DNA from: Octopus bimaculoides
Lineage: Eukaryota
Assembly (NCBI RefSeq): GCF_001194135.2
Contig: NC_068993.1
Coordinates: forward strand, 45,327,786-45,391,746
Reading direction: 5' to 3'
Length of the DNA: 63,961 nt
Both the position numbers and the translations under genes were made by a program. The notes beneath the pieces are model-generated. The model was given only the letters and a program-made list of their open reading frames with translations. It was not told the DNA's origin and ran no database searches. Of the stretch, positions 12,808 through 28,070 are shown piece after piece (position 1 is the stretch's first letter; each line of letters opens with the position of its first letter).

Positions 12808-14692
12808 TCTATCTTGTACATATAAAGCACGTTATCTGTTTGTTCGTCTGTTTGTGTCAAGTTGCCCTCTACACCCGCTAACGAATTTTCGTGAAACTTT
12901 GCAAACGTGCTAAAGTAACATCCAGTTTGTTACTAGGCTCATTGAAGTTTAATAAAAATCCATAATTGGATGGCTAGGGCCCCTAGAAGGGATCCATATA
13001 TATAACCAATATATTTTCCTTTAACAGCCAAGTAAATTAACCCATTTATTTTCCTAGCCAAGAGAAATCACCCGTTCATTTTCCTAAATGAAAAAATGTT
13101 TAATAAATACTTCTCTGTTTAATAAATAAGCTGTAACAAAACGTGTGGAATACATTTTCGTTTGCAAACCAGGTAGCACTAGAATCGAAATCAAATCGTC
13201 AATAAATAGTATTGTCCTAAACAATAGGTCCACTTATTTCGGTTAGTGTCTTATTCACAAATATTCCATGAATGACAGTGCCTTTCATGTCACTTCAGCC
13301 AATTGAAAAGCGCTGCATGAAGAACTGTTCTGCTTTTAGAAAAATGCACTGTCATCACAAATGTCACACCCTGTTTACATCTAGGACACCTTCTTAATTT
13401 ATATTGATAGATGTGTTAATGTTTTGTAGCGATGTAATCTATGTAACAACCAACCACACAAGCAGACAGAAATCGCCATTTATCTATCAATAACATTGCA
13501 ATCTGCACTGTCCTCAAACATTTCACACGCTGTTAACATGCCGGAACATTTTCTTAATTCGTGTTGATAGCTATGCTGATGTTTTCTTAAGATGTACCCT
13601 TTACTTTTTCTTTAACGGCGAAAGGAAAATAACCCATTTAAAATCCCTTATTTTTCTTTTCCGCCCACTGGTCATCTGCACTGTCATAAAGGTCACACGC
13701 TGTTTACACGTAGGAACACTTTCTTAAAAAAGATCAAATCTGAGTTCTCGACCTTCGAGCACACGAAAACTGCGGCAAAGCGTTCAGCAAGAGATCCACT
13801 TATTTCGGTTAGTGACTTATTCACGAATATGCAATGAATGACGATACTTTTCATGTCACTTCAGCCAATTGACAGGCGTTGCATGAAGAACTATTCTGCT
13901 TTTAGACAAATGTGCTGTCTGGAACCCCTTAATTTATATTGATAGATGTGTTAATATTTTGTAACGATGTACTCTATGTAACAAACCAACCACACAAGTA
14001 GACGGAAATCGCCATTCATCTATCAATAACATTGCAATCTGCACTGTATTCATACAGTTCATACGCTGTTTACATGTAGGAACATTTTCCTAATTCATAT
14101 TGATAGTTGTGTTGATGTTATAAGTGTTGTAAACGTATTGATAACCTACATGTTATTTTATTTTAAAATCTATATGCAAATTTATTTGTGCGTCTGCTGT
14201 AAAATTAAATGTCAGTCTGTTTCTACATTCATTGTAAATCGATTTCAACACTAGCGCCACTGAGGGTAATATTCTCTGGCAACGCATAAAAGCCTTTTTC
14301 AGAGTTATTTACTTTGAATTATTTTCATCTCATATCAGACTATCCTGTTATTACGTAACACGCTTCACGATTTTGTCATTTCCTCCTAAGTTCTAATACT
14401 CTGGGAACGCATTAAAGCTCTTTTCGGAGCTACTTTATTTGAATTCTTACTATCGGTAACTAATTTCATGTTATTACGTAACTGACTTCACGATTTGGGT
14501 ATTCATCACTTATTGGGATTTCCTAAAAACAAGATCCTATGTATGACATTTCAGTATTCTCTGTAAATGCACACAAACCGTTTTAAGGGCTACATAATTT
14601 GTAGCGTTGTTATTGGATTAGCGAAACAATTATGAGAACGGAACCAAGGGATAAGCCCAGCTTTTCCGGGAATTACCGGGTACGTCAGCTAG
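12808..14692 (+). mobile_element. Non-autonomous Helitron-like element with internal tandem modules
   Basis: 5' end A|TCTATCTTGTACATATAAAGC; 3' end CCGG-GAATTA-CCGG hairpin followed by CTAG|T (14689-14692). It is inserted between A and T with no TSD. Confidence 0.7.
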
Positions 14693-14965
14693 TATTATAG
14701 CTATTCTCTTTGTCATCCAGCGAATGTAAGTGCTCGAGTATTAGGATTTCATGTTTTGTAATTGCTCCGAGTTACATGGCTACTCAGAGATAGTCTTCTC
14801 AAATAAAGAGTGGCTGCCTGTCTATCTATCTTATGTATATATGTGTGTGTGAGAGAGTGTGTATCTGTGTGTCTGTGTATGCATATATGTATTCATATTC
14901 ATAGAAACACACACACGTGTATGTTTAAATAGTTATATGTATATACATATGTATACGTATATATA

Positions 14966-15168
14966 CGGGGGAGTGCTGAAAAGTTCATGGCTTTGTGGGA
15001 AAGGGAAGACTAGTTAATTATGATCTTATTCAATATATTCTCCGCTCAGACACACACTTATTGAAGCGGTCCTTGAGTTTTTCTAAGCCGTATAAAAGAA
15101 CGCAGAAGATTGAGTTCTCAGTCAGGCCTTTCGCGACACCCTTAAAGTCAGGAACTTTTCAGTCCACC

Positions 15169-15171
<3 letters not shown>
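14966..15171. mobile_element. Mariner-derived MITE, copy 2
   Basis: TIRs GTGCTGAAAAGTTCATGGCTTT...AAAGTCAGGAACTTTTCAGTCCAC in a TA-rich site. The minus strand retains the transposase C-terminus LEKLKDRFNKCV / GEYIE*. Confidence 0.8.
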
Positions 15172-15206
<35 letters not shown>

Positions 15207-15801
15207 NNNNNNNNNNNNNNNNNNNNNNNNNNNNNNNNNNNNNNNNNNNNNNNNNNNNNNNNNNNNNNNNNNNNNNNNNNNNNNNNNNNNNNNNNNNNNN
15301 NNNNNNNNNNNNNNNNNNNNNNNNNNNNNNNNNNNNNNNNNNNNNNNNNNNNNNNNNNNNNNNNNNNNNNNNNNNNNNNGAAATTCTCAGTCATTCTCTC
15401 CTTCTCTCCTTCTCTCTCCCTGTCTCTCCATACCTCTCTCCCTCTCTCTCCCCTCTTCCTTCCCCCTCCCCTTCCCCTCGCTCCGTCTTTGCTTTGCTAT
15501 CGATATTAACTGTTACATTCTTCAATTATATATAATGATCCCTTTCTTTGCAGTTGCCAAGTCAATCATTACATACTTTAATACAATTCTTGCTTGAGAA
15601 TTCTGGAGACAGATGAAAATTCAATCCATGGGACAAAAGACCATTTGAATCAACCAGTTTTAATCTAACGGAAATACACGTTAATTATATTGTGTTCATG
15701 TTGCATTCGGAAGGAAATAGCGTGACGCACATCACACACACAATTCTATATGCGTGTAAATGTGTAGACTATATGTGTGTACGCATGTCTGTGTAAGTGT
15801 G

Positions 15802-15847
<46 letters not shown>

Positions 15848-16284
15848 GAGGGTAAATGGTAAAGCAAGATCGAGCATTGAGGATGATATGAATATCTGGC
15901 TATGAGTCATGGCATTTGACTCGACAAAGCTCGTACTCTTATGAAGGAATTTTGTCACCTACATCGGTGGGTCGCCCCACGCAGCTCTGGTGTCGTGGTG
16001 GAAGGGGCCAAAATATCTTCAGAGCTGCTTCACCGCTTGATGAGATATTTATTTTTGTATTCGGAAGTAGCGTATAACTGGTCCCTCAGCACACGTGTTT
16101 ACCCTAACAATATATTTTGTAAATATATTTTGACGCAGATGTTCTAAAGGGGCAATAATAACTCTCGTTTCACGTGAAGGTATATAAGTCCCCTCCCTGC
16201 TGTTGTTACGTTTCCAGGTGGGCTAAGTTGATATCTAGTGTGAATGAACCGTTGAGAGCGTCTTTAGTCTGTGGGTTTCTGAAC

Positions 16285-17490
16285 GAACAAGCGAGCTTCT
16301 ATTTGGTTACTCAATCTTTTCGAAATAGCAGGCAAATATTCCTCAAATTATAATCCATCGGAATCTTCTAAACCGGAAGTATATGCTATTAAGCATTGGC
16401 CTGCTCATTCAGAGCTGATCTGGGGGCTAAACAGCTGCATCAGCAACAACAGCAACAACAACAACATGGTTGAATTGAATCTATGTGGGATGTAACATCG
16501 GGCCCATAAACACGAAAAAACGACAGCTGTGGATTTGAACTGAGAATCTCTGAACCGGTAGTTAATTACTTAATACATAGTGCTGTATTTACATAGTGGT
16601 CAGTATTAAATGTTTTAGTTCATAAATATGAACAATGAAACTTTCGATTCGATATTCCGAATCCTATCGATTGATCTACTAACTTCCTTACCTTCACAAA
16701 TATAAACATTTATCATGACAATACCCCTGTATCTATAATTGAACGAGCCGTTATTTTCTCAACAAACATGGTGTCGCTTTGAATCTATTGATCTCTTCTC
16801 TAGTGGTATTGATGTGATTAGCTTTTCTTATAATCATCCGTATTGTATCGTCTAATAACAGTAAAGACTTTGCCGTCGTGATCGTGAATGAATGACAGTT
16901 TAACGACAATATAGCCTGAAACTGCAAACAAGCATGTACATGAGCCAGCAAGAGAGAAATTACTCTATGTGGTCGCTCAACGTGCAAGAAACAGCAGCTA
17001 AGTCTCCCTCAGATCACTCCATAAGGAAAGTCACACTAAATAATGTAGTCCTAGACATCCGTAAAACGAATCGACATAGATAAAATACTTTGATTATAGG
17101 TGTTCTTCATTCGAGATTACGCTGAGTTAAATGTGAAGCTTTCTGGTCTTTTAATCTCTGACGAGATGTTTAAGCGTGCCAGCCACTTCTTTTCCCTGGC
17201 GCATAGTTTCTCTGTTGTGCTTCCTATTAGTCGTAAGTTCCTTTTATTCAAATGAAGCCAACGAGAAAGTCTGTACGTAGTCTCTTTACTTGCTAGAAAA
17301 AAACAGCCAATTATTGATCAAATCACAAACTGTCATTTCATAAAAGCAAGAAGACAAGATATGTTGTGTTAGATATACTGTGTTCGAAAAGAAATGAGGA
17401 CTGGTCATGGCTGAAGCTGCTTTGGTGATAGGCTTTGCTCTATCAGGATGGGCCTGTGGTTAACAGTAACAGTAACAATAACAATAACAT
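16285..17490 (+). mobile_element. Cluster of three decayed family E repeats (about 16285-16465, 16945-17110, 17255-17490)
   Basis: Shared GCTAGAAA(T/C)AGCAGCCAAAT..CTCAAATCAC-like core and ...GGGGCTAAACA(AC)n-type tail. Confidence 0.55.
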
Positions 17491-17510
17491 GTAAGGACAA
17501 AAAGCAGTAT

Positions 17511-17709
17511 AATCTTTTCTACTTTTCTACTCTAGGCACAAGGCCCGAAATTTTTGGAGAGGGGGGCCAGTCGATTAGATCGACTCCAGTACGCAACTGA
17601 TACTTAATTTATCGATCCCGAAAGGATGAAAGGCAAAGTCGACCCCAGCGGAATTTGAACTCAGAACGTAAAGACAAACGAAATACCGCTAAGCATTTCG
17701 TCCGGCGTC
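17511..17709 (-). mobile_element. Family A SINE, 5'-truncated
   Basis: Reverse complement of the family A core (GAAAGGATGAAAGGCAAAGTCGAC...GAATTTGAACTCAGAACGTAAAG). Confidence 0.85.
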
Positions 17710-18958
17710 AAAAAGCAGTATAGTGAATCACTTCTCAATGAAACTGTGCCTCCAATGGTGAGAAATTTTCTTTTGTTTAAAGTTAACTGAACTAGGTCAG
17801 TGAAAGATTGAATAACTTGAATTACGAACAGTGGGTATTGATATTTCAGTGTTTCATATATAACATAAGAATTCTAACTGTTGGTCCTTCTTCAATAAAA
17901 CATCCTTTCGTCTTATGTACTGGATTCTTGGAGTTCCATTTCAATGAATTGACTACTGAAATTCTGAGGAACTTTGACGATAAAAAGATGATTTTGTATA
18001 AGGGGACACACCTATCGTATATCATTACACTACACTACCCCACCTCCACACTAAACATATTTACTCCTTCCTCTTCTACTTTCTTCAGTTCTTCATCCAT
18101 TCCAACTGATCATTATGATTCTACGAACAACAAATCTGCAACCGTTGGCATAACGCATCACCCATATAAATCAAGACCAACCAAACACATCACCAAAGAA
18201 GTGAGGCAAAGAATTTTTATTAATTAAATTTGCACCCTTAATGAAGGAAACCAACCCTTGTTAACGTCTAATTTTGATGAAGAATATCGAGAGAGACAAC
18301 CTTCGGAGTTAAAGTTAATTGAATTTAATTAGAAATAGAGTACCAAAATAGAATTTAATTAAAAATGGAATACTTTTGCAGATTTTGAATTTCAATTCAC
18401 ACAAAATTTAACACGATTTTATTTCGTGAATTTGCTAATCATTCCAGAAAACAATATAGCTTTTTTTTCTCGCCTGCTACAAAATGAGCAACCCCTAATA
18501 GTCAATATTCTCTAGAAAAATTATATCAAATACAAATATTCAAGGAATCCTGCACCGATAGTTTATAGAAATAACAGTTAATCTAATCAGCAACATATTA
18601 GTTACTATAATTGATTATGTGTTGGGCAATAAACTCATTCCCTGAAACCAAGCAATTAATGGAACAAACTTCGCAACTAATTCTTGTTCTGGAATTTCGC
18701 TGTCTTCTTCAACAGAAACAGTTCATTCTATATAGCTACTCTTCACTTTAGCTGTCAGAAATAGGTAGCGCACAATATTAAAAAAAAATTATTTAAATGT
18801 TTATCTTGAATTCAGAATGTAAATAACCAGATGAAATGACGCTAAGCATTTTATGAGGTATGTTAACGATTCTACCTGCTCACCATCTTAAAGTACTATC
18901 TGGAGAATGTCAGCTACGACAGATGGGCATCATATCCATGGGTGTGCAGATGTTCAGC

Positions 18959-19338
18959 GGAGGCGCAATGGCGCAGTGGTTAGGGCAGCGGACTCGCGGT
19001 GATAGGATCGCGGTTTCGATTCCCAGACCGGGCGTTGTGAGTGTTTATTGAGCGAGAACACCTAAAGCTCCACGAGGCTCCGGCAGGGGATGGTGGCGAA
19101 CCCTGCTGTACTCTTTCACCACAACTTTCTCTTACTCTTACTTCCTGTTTCTGTTGTACCTGTAATTCAAAGGGTCAGCCTTGTCACACTGTGTCACGCT
19201 GAATATCCCCGAGAACTACGTTAAGGGTACACGTGTGTGTGGAGTGCTCAGCCACTTGCATGTTAATTTCACGAGCAGGCTGTTCCGCTAATCGGATCAA
19301 CTGGAACCCTCGACGTCGTAAGCGACGGAGTGCCAACA
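18959..19338 (+). mobile_element. Young tRNA-derived SINE, family C
   Basis: A-box TGGCGCAGTGGTTAG and B-box GGTTTCGATTCCC; highly similar to the reverse complement of 47128-47504. Confidence 0.9.
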
Positions 19339-19538
19339 GAGGAAGATGTTTATTACGCCGCAACTGTTTTACGTCATTGAATTAGAACTGAAACAACCAA
19401 GCCAGCTTTCAAGTCCCATTCTGCACACTTAGAGACGTCTTCTCTTATTTTTTCGAAAGATTGAAAGTAAGAACACAAATCGAAAAATATGCCTCGAGGC
19501 AAATGTTACTGTTTCTGTTCCTAAAACATTTATAAATA

Positions 19539-19689
19539 GGCATGTGAGTGTGGGTTTAGAAGCGCGCTTTGCAACCACGTTGTTTCAGGTTCATTCTGGT
19601 TGAGTGGCACTTTGGGCAAGTATCTTCTACTACAACCCCGGGTCAGTCAAATGCTTTGCGAATTTGATAGAGAAAAACTGCTTCATGGT

Positions 19690-19774
<85 letters not shown>

Positions 19775-19950
19775 CATTCACACACACACGAACGCACATA
19801 TACACATACACACATGCGTATATATGCATGCGTGTGAATGTTTGTGTCTACTTATCTCACCACAACTTAACAACCAGTGTTAGCTCGTGTATGTCCCTGT
19901 AAATTAGTGGTTCGGCAAAAGGGACCGATAGAATAAGTAGCAATCTTAAA
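19539..19950 (+). mobile_element. Family B SINE with expanded internal (CT)n/(CA)n
   Basis: Head GGCACTTTGGGCAAGTATCTTCTACTA and 3' part GGTTCGGCAAAAGGGACCGATAGAATAAGTA. A partial second tail lies at about 20020-20140. Confidence 0.7.
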
Positions 19951-21281
19951 AAGACCCCCTCCACCACGAAAAACAAATAAAAAATCATAAGTACTGGGGC
20001 CGTGTGTGTGAGCGCGTATGCGTATTTTTGTGTTGGTTCCCTTACCGTTTGATAACTGGTGTTAGTTTGTTTACTTCCTCGCAAAGACAAAACAACAAAA
20101 CTAAAAATACGGTTCGGCAAAAGGCACAGATAGAAATAGGTAATTACAGGGATCCACTAATTCGATTAAACCAATTACAGGGCAACTTCTTTTTCGAGGA
20201 GTGGGTCCCATGAGACGTGGCACATCATCAGACGGGTTGCCTATCAAAAAATAGGAAAAAAAAAAAAAGAATCAAGGTAGTTTTTCGTTTGATGTACCAT
20301 TCAGAAAGTGTCGCGGGTAGCAATTTGTCCATGACTGCAGTAAACACTTCAGGACGGTGACCCAGCAAGTCAAATGGAAAGAAAGAAAATAAGGACCTTC
20401 ACTGTGCAGTCAGTATTTTTAGGACTGTCCCATCTTGATTTACATTATAAATAATATCTTTCGCTTTTAAGAGGGCAGGGTATGAGTGGAGTTTAAATAT
20501 AGCTGTCATTTTAACAGGTCAACCAAACACTTAAAGATATTATTTTGGCTCCTGCTGTTCTATCGATCTGCTGCAATACAAATATATACAATTTCTAGTA
20601 AAGAAAAAAAAAAGACGCAAACAAACCCCAAGCAACAACATAAAAAAATAATAAACAAAACAAAACAAAAACAAGGCTAAATATGAAAAATGATATGAAA
20701 AAAGCCCTTCGAAAGCAAAACAGAAGCTTTAGTAAAACGTTGAGTGTCTTCGTTGTTGAAAAATACAATTAATCGGAAGTTAGTGCCATATTCAGTTAAG
20801 CAGGGAAGAAAATGCGTGTGTTGTTCTGACAAAAACTATGACGTAATAAGGTATTCTCAACCACATACATGCAGAAGCATTTGAACACATATAGACATAC
20901 TGATGAGTACGGCTACATACACACGATATTTCGATATTACATATGAAATAATTTTGTCTAATGTGTGTGTGTGCACGTGTGCGTGTGCATGTGTGTGCAC
21001 ATTTATAGTAGTTATAGTCTATGTGTATATCTAACTATACATAAATAAATATAGATACATATATAGACTATGCAGTCGAAAGGTGAGAGCTAGAGATGCA
21101 AAATATAGAAAACATGCAGCAGTGCTCAAGTTTAAACTCCGAATTCTTTATCGAGGACTACACCCACGGGGGTAAAGAGTGGCTCTCTACACCTCGTTAA
21201 AGATTTAGGAGTTTAAGTTCAAATCACCTGAGCATTTGCACACTATATGTATCTATTATATAGTATATGAATTTATATGTA

Positions 21282-21337
<56 letters not shown>

Positions 21338-22116
21338 GCATGCATACATACACACACACACACACGCGCGCGCATATGTGTATATAATTACGAATTAAAA
21401 GCAGCTTTAGTAATATAAATATTATCGGTCGCACTTACATAATGTACGTATTTTGTTTAAATGTTAATTTGCTGCAGGGTAGCGTCCAGGGTAAGTTCCC
21501 TAAACAACAACGGGTGTTAAAGAATACCGAATGTCCCAGACCAGGCGAGACAACTCATCCCGGATACCGAGAATGGTAGATACTGATATTTCGCCAATAT
21601 CGGGATTGATCAAATAAATAAGTAGAAGTTGACTTCTATGGTCAATGTAATCGACTACAGAATTACTGGCCTTGTGCCAAAACTACTAAGCAGAGATACT
21701 AAAACACACACGTTTAAATATATCATAGCGTTAATTAAACTGTAATATATTTCCTAATCACCCTATTTAAACCTATTCTCCTAATTATTGTTGCTATAAA
21801 CCTCGACAATATCCAAACATTTTTTATACTAAGTAAATATGTGGTCAACTCTTCCCGTTGACCAATTAATTTAATAATTAATGTAATTTAGTGGCGCCAT
21901 TCTATATTACTATTAACAATCATGTGTTGGTGTAAGCAAGAAATAGTAATGGTTCTCAACCCTAATTAATTCATACGTATATACACTCACACGTATATGC
22001 TTGTACATATGTATACACAACTGAAACACTCATTCATATATGTATACTTTAAAGAATACGTAAAATATTTCATATATCGATGGAAGTGTGTGTACGCATA
22101 TAATACATACATGTTC

Positions 22117-22160
<44 letters not shown>

Positions 22161-22161
<1 letters not shown>

Positions 22162-22780
22162 TAGCAGCTAAGCCCGGTTTCACCCGATCGGTTTGGATGA
22201 TGTGGCTGAAAAACCTGCTCTGTGTAAGCATTCAACTTGTTTGGGCACGCTTACGTTAACAAACAATTTTAGAATGACTTTTTTCTGTCGAAACGTTAAA
22301 AATAACTGACCAAAAAAAAAAAAAAAGAAACCAACCAAGATTCAACCAAATCAAAAAATAAACCCAAATACTAAGCGAACAAATATGAACCATCCCACTA
22401 CTATTGCGCGCACGCACACACACACACACACAATCACATACCCCCTTTTACCTACACACACATATTCACACAGAGTTGAAACACTGTTTGATTTATCTTT
22501 TCAGCGTACAATTTTCATCATCCCACTGCCAAGTATGACATCACCCCTTCCTTCCTTCCTTATTCATCTATCACCCTTTCATTTCTCATTCATAAACACA
22601 AGAGTATTGTTATAGTAGATTATCTCGGTAACCATGAGAGCTATGAAAAACTACAAAGCCCAGCATCACTACCAGATCATTCTACACATCTGTGTAATTT
22701 TTCGCGCAATTCCACTCAGCCGTTTGACCGTGAATCCCAAGACAAGAAAGAATCGCCAATGTCAAATTTATACGTATAGA
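22161..22780 (-). mobile_element. Non-autonomous Helitron-like element
   Basis: Minus strand starts A|TCTATACGTATAAA (22780) and ends in an imperfect CCCGG-type hairpin plus CTAG|T (22161-22164), within a (TA)n tract. Confidence 0.7.
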
Positions 22781-22899
22781 TATATATAATTACACCATAT
22801 GCAACATATATATACTTCTGTGATATATATATATATCATATATAGGTTGATATATGTATATAGATATATGTGTGTATCTACACACACAGACACACACAA

Positions 22900-22996
<97 letters not shown>

Positions 22997-23579
22997 TATC
23001 TATATCTATATCTATACACACACACACACATACACACAAACACACACACAAATAATTCCACGTAGATGAAAAGAAAATTTTAATTTTTAATACTTATATA
23101 ACATTATCTGAAATAATACCAAAATGTCGGCAAGTCAATGGTGAAAATTGAAATATTTTTCAAAAATATTGATTTTCATATAAACGCAAAAAAAAAAAAA
23201 AAATCTCAAAGAAAATGTTTGAAATAAAACGAAAAAATGCAATATAAAGTTTTAAAAGACGAAACAGTTAAAACTTCATGCAAAATTGGATTGATTAATA
23301 TGGAAGGAGAAACGGGACACAAAATATGATTAACGTAGAAGCATCAGTAGTAGCAGTAGTAGGAGTTGTAGTAATAGTAGTAGTATCTGTAATAATAGCA
23401 GGAGATGTTGTGGTAGTGATAGTAGTAGAGGTGGTGGTATTAATAGTGGTATTTTTTGTTGTTATGGTTGTGGTTGTAATGTATTTTTTTGTAGGTGAAC
23501 GATATACGTACTTAATAGAATAGATATTTTTTAAAGTGACTTTTAACACCAAATAAATTAATAGTCAATCATACTGAGA

Positions 23580-24180
<601 letters not shown>

Positions 24181-24602
24181 TAAAGATGAAACCATTAAAC
24201 AAACATAAAAGTAAACAAAAAACCGAAAAATAATGCTGAGTGGAAAGCAAGATGGATGCCAATCAGAAGAAATATATTTATTTTTTCTTAGGAAATTATG
24301 TTTGTATATATTCGGAATCATATATTAGCTCTGAGCTAGGCTCTGTTGCAAACACACACACGCACACACATGCTCGCATACACACACACACACACACACA
24401 CACGCTCGCACACGCAGACACACACGCAGGCACACACATACACACTCACATACATACACACACGCATACATACATGCATACATACGAGATGCAGTGGTGG
24501 CCAGAACAGTCTGGAACAGGTGAACAAAAAAAAAAAGGAAAAAAGGAAAATATCTACAGACAAAGTTGGCTATTTTGAGATCGATGGTCATAAGAATATC
24601 GG

Positions 24603-24720
24603 TGAAACCTAAAACTTTTAACAGCCACTAAGTTAAAACACAACCGGCCAGATGTCGTTGTCTGGGACAACAAGGAAAGAAATGTTGATAAAGAGTTTGT
24701 AAACCCAGTACCGATGATAC
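24603..24720 (+). mobile_element. Restriction-like endonuclease fragment of an R4/Dong-like non-LTR retrotransposon
   Basis: + frame *NLKLLTATKLKHNRPDVVVWDNKE (H at 24639) matches the W-D/N...HNRPD(I/V)VV motif of R4-clade RLE domains. Confidence 0.65.
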
Positions 24721-24739
24721 ACTTTCACTTTCACTTTCA

Positions 24740-25797
24740 TAACTGTTAATATTTGAGCTGCATGACGCATACCAACCTGTCTGGAGCTAAGTATGGTCGA
24801 ATTTGGGTTCTTGGAGAAAGTATGCATCTCCTTGATTCATACACCACAAAGGATAACGATATCTGGGAGTACAAAGATCTGCAAGACCTTTTCAGGATTC
24901 AAAAGATGATGAACAATGCACCTTTCTGCACACACTCATTCAGAAGCCACGAATCCCATCTGGTCCGGGGCTTTCCATTTAGGCACTTTCACCACTTGTT
25001 CTTTCACATCACCCGTGCTTATGACAGTATTACTTTGTTTCTTGTAATTCTGTTTCTTGTAATTCTGTTTCTTGTAATTCTGTTTCTTGTAATTCTGTTT
25101 CTTGTAATTCTGTTCCTATCCACATTGCATCCCTTTTATGCACCACATTGTTTCCCCATAATTCGCTCCAGAACTCCTTGGCTTGCTTTGCATCAGGAAT
25201 AACATTTTTGCCCATTGTCTCCTTCTAACGTTTGGAAGAATTGCTTCGGGTTATTCTTGAACAATCTGTTCTCCTCGAACTGCTTATTTCTGTTCACAAA
25301 TCTTCTGATCTGGCTTTTTTTGCCATGATCCTCTGTTTTAACTGCTCTCTTACTGCATCAAAACCGTTCTTCCGTATTTTATATTTCTTCTCTAATTTTT
25401 CTAGGTCGGTCTTTTTTCCAATTTTCCAGTTTCCGCTTAACCATCTCTCAATTTTTCCTAGATCTTGCCTTGCCCGCATTATGTCCATTTCAACGCGTCG
25501 TTTCCACCATGGTTCTTTTGCTTCACCATTTTTTGTTCTATTAAGTTGTAATTTCTCCCCAACAACTAGCGCAATAGCCCTGAGAAGATTCCTTGTTTGT
25601 GTCATGTCCTCTGCCTGGATGTGTGGTATGACAGTATTTATCTTTTGTGTTACTTTATTTATCATACTCCTACATATCCTTCTCATATTCATGGCGATTT
25701 TTCCTTCTGGAACATTCATCAAGTCGGTGAGTCGTCTTTGAATTTCAAGCAATTCATTATCTAGTTGGTTCATTTCCCCTGCTTGTTCACCCACCAT
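24740..25797 (-). mobile_element. Decayed R4/Dong-like retrotransposon ORF fragment (N-terminal region to RT domain 0/1)
   Basis: Translates to EPWWKRRVE, KYKI...EQLKQRIMAK, QFEENRLFKNNPKQFF, PDAKQAKEFWSELW and KWKAPGPD, with frameshifts. Confidence 0.85.
25036..25114. repeat. Perfect 15-bp tandem repeat (TGTTTCTTGTAATTC) x5.3
   Basis: Directly visible; reads (ETELQ)n on the minus strand. Confidence 0.95.
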
Positions 25798-25942
25798 TGT
25801 ATCTGGGTTATTATTATTGTTCAGTAGTTTTATTTTTATAACGTGCTTTCACTTCACTACCGAGCGCAGCTCTGTGTGCTTTGGGTATGTGCTGTGATTT
25901 GTTGTGGTACTCTTATGGTTACCGTATTGAAAGTGTTTTGCA

Positions 25943-26560
<618 letters not shown>

Positions 26561-26743
26561 TTATTATTCTTAGCAATAACAGAATTATTAATATCTATAG
26601 TATTATTGATGTGGCCGTTTTCTATCTCTTCTTGCTTCATTCCTCATGTTCAGCTGATGTTATTACTTTTGTGCTTGTTGTAATTACTATTGATGTACTC
26701 GTTGCTGTTCGAGATCTATCACTACTACTTTCACCCACATGAA

Positions 26744-26776
<33 letters not shown>

Positions 26777-26933
26777 GTCTGTCTGTCTGTCTGGCTGTCT
26801 GTCTGTTTGTCTGTCTGTCTATGCATATATATATTTTAGTGTGTGTGTGTATGTGCATGTGTGTATGTGCATGTGTGTATGCGTATGTACATGTATATGT
26901 ATGCGTATATATATGTATACACACACTCATATT

Positions 26934-26968
<35 letters not shown>

Positions 26969-27081
26969 ATAGATATGTATGTTTGTATACACACATATGT
27001 TTCAAAAAGATATTTGTATTCAATGCGCATTCAATTTCCTCGTCTTAACACTAGAACAAGATATTAAATAAAAGCTACATT

Positions 27082-27120
<39 letters not shown>

Positions 27121-27586
27121 AAGAGATGAAATAATACTACTATCACAAGGACAGCAGAAGCCAGACTAAGAACAAAAATAATAGCGACAACATTCAAACA
27201 TATCTAAAAGAACATTGGTAAACATTATAAGTTCATTTATAATCATATCCAATAATATCAAAATATATTTGTGTTCCTCTTTATTTTAAAACATTGTCAA
27301 TTATTTGTGTTTATATTATTATTTTTTTTCTGTTATTAATATATTGTTATCGTTTTCGTTTTTTTTTCTCTGTAACTTTTATTTAAAATGTTTTAAGCCG
27401 TATGAGGTTCAAACATGATGAATAAAGATAGAAATTCAGGCAGACAGACGAACACACAGAGACGGACGAACACACAGAGACAGACATATACAAACACTCG
27501 TCACTTCTGAAACAAACGCTACAATTGACGTAAAGTATATACCTACGTAATCAAATGTTTATGCACCCATTGCATATTCATATATA

Positions 27587-27640
<54 letters not shown>

Positions 27641-27789
27641 NNNNNNNNNNNNNNNNNNNNNNNNNNNNNNNNNNNNNNNNNNNNNNNNNNNNNNNNNNNN
27701 NNNNNNNNNNNNNNNNNNNNNNNNNNNNNNNNNNNNNNNNNNNNNNNNNNNNNNNNNNNNNNNNNNNNNNNNNNNNNNNNNNNNNNNNN

Positions 27790-27844
<55 letters not shown>

Positions 27845-27982
27845 TACATACATACATATATATATTTAAATCTATTTAATCTTATAGACATATGTGTGTG
27901 AATACATATGCTTACACATCATATGTATGTATACACACACATATAATATATGTATATAAATATGCGTACCCTTAAATACACT

Positions 27983-28070
<88 letters not shown>

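Noticed and set aside
17808-18227. 139-aa ORF in unique sequence
   Set aside because: No recognisable motif or splice signals.
18959-19035. Possible tRNA gene
   Set aside because: It has A and B boxes but no proper acceptor stem, and it continues into a SINE body duplicated at 47128-47504.
20181-20240. Minus-strand CUGAUGA...GAAA flanked by GGCAAC/GTTGCC
   Set aside because: Stem II and cleavage-site geometry do not fit; the segment resembles a family D fragment.
20896-20915. CTGATGA-GTA-CGGC-TAC
   Set aside because: No GAAA follows the stem.
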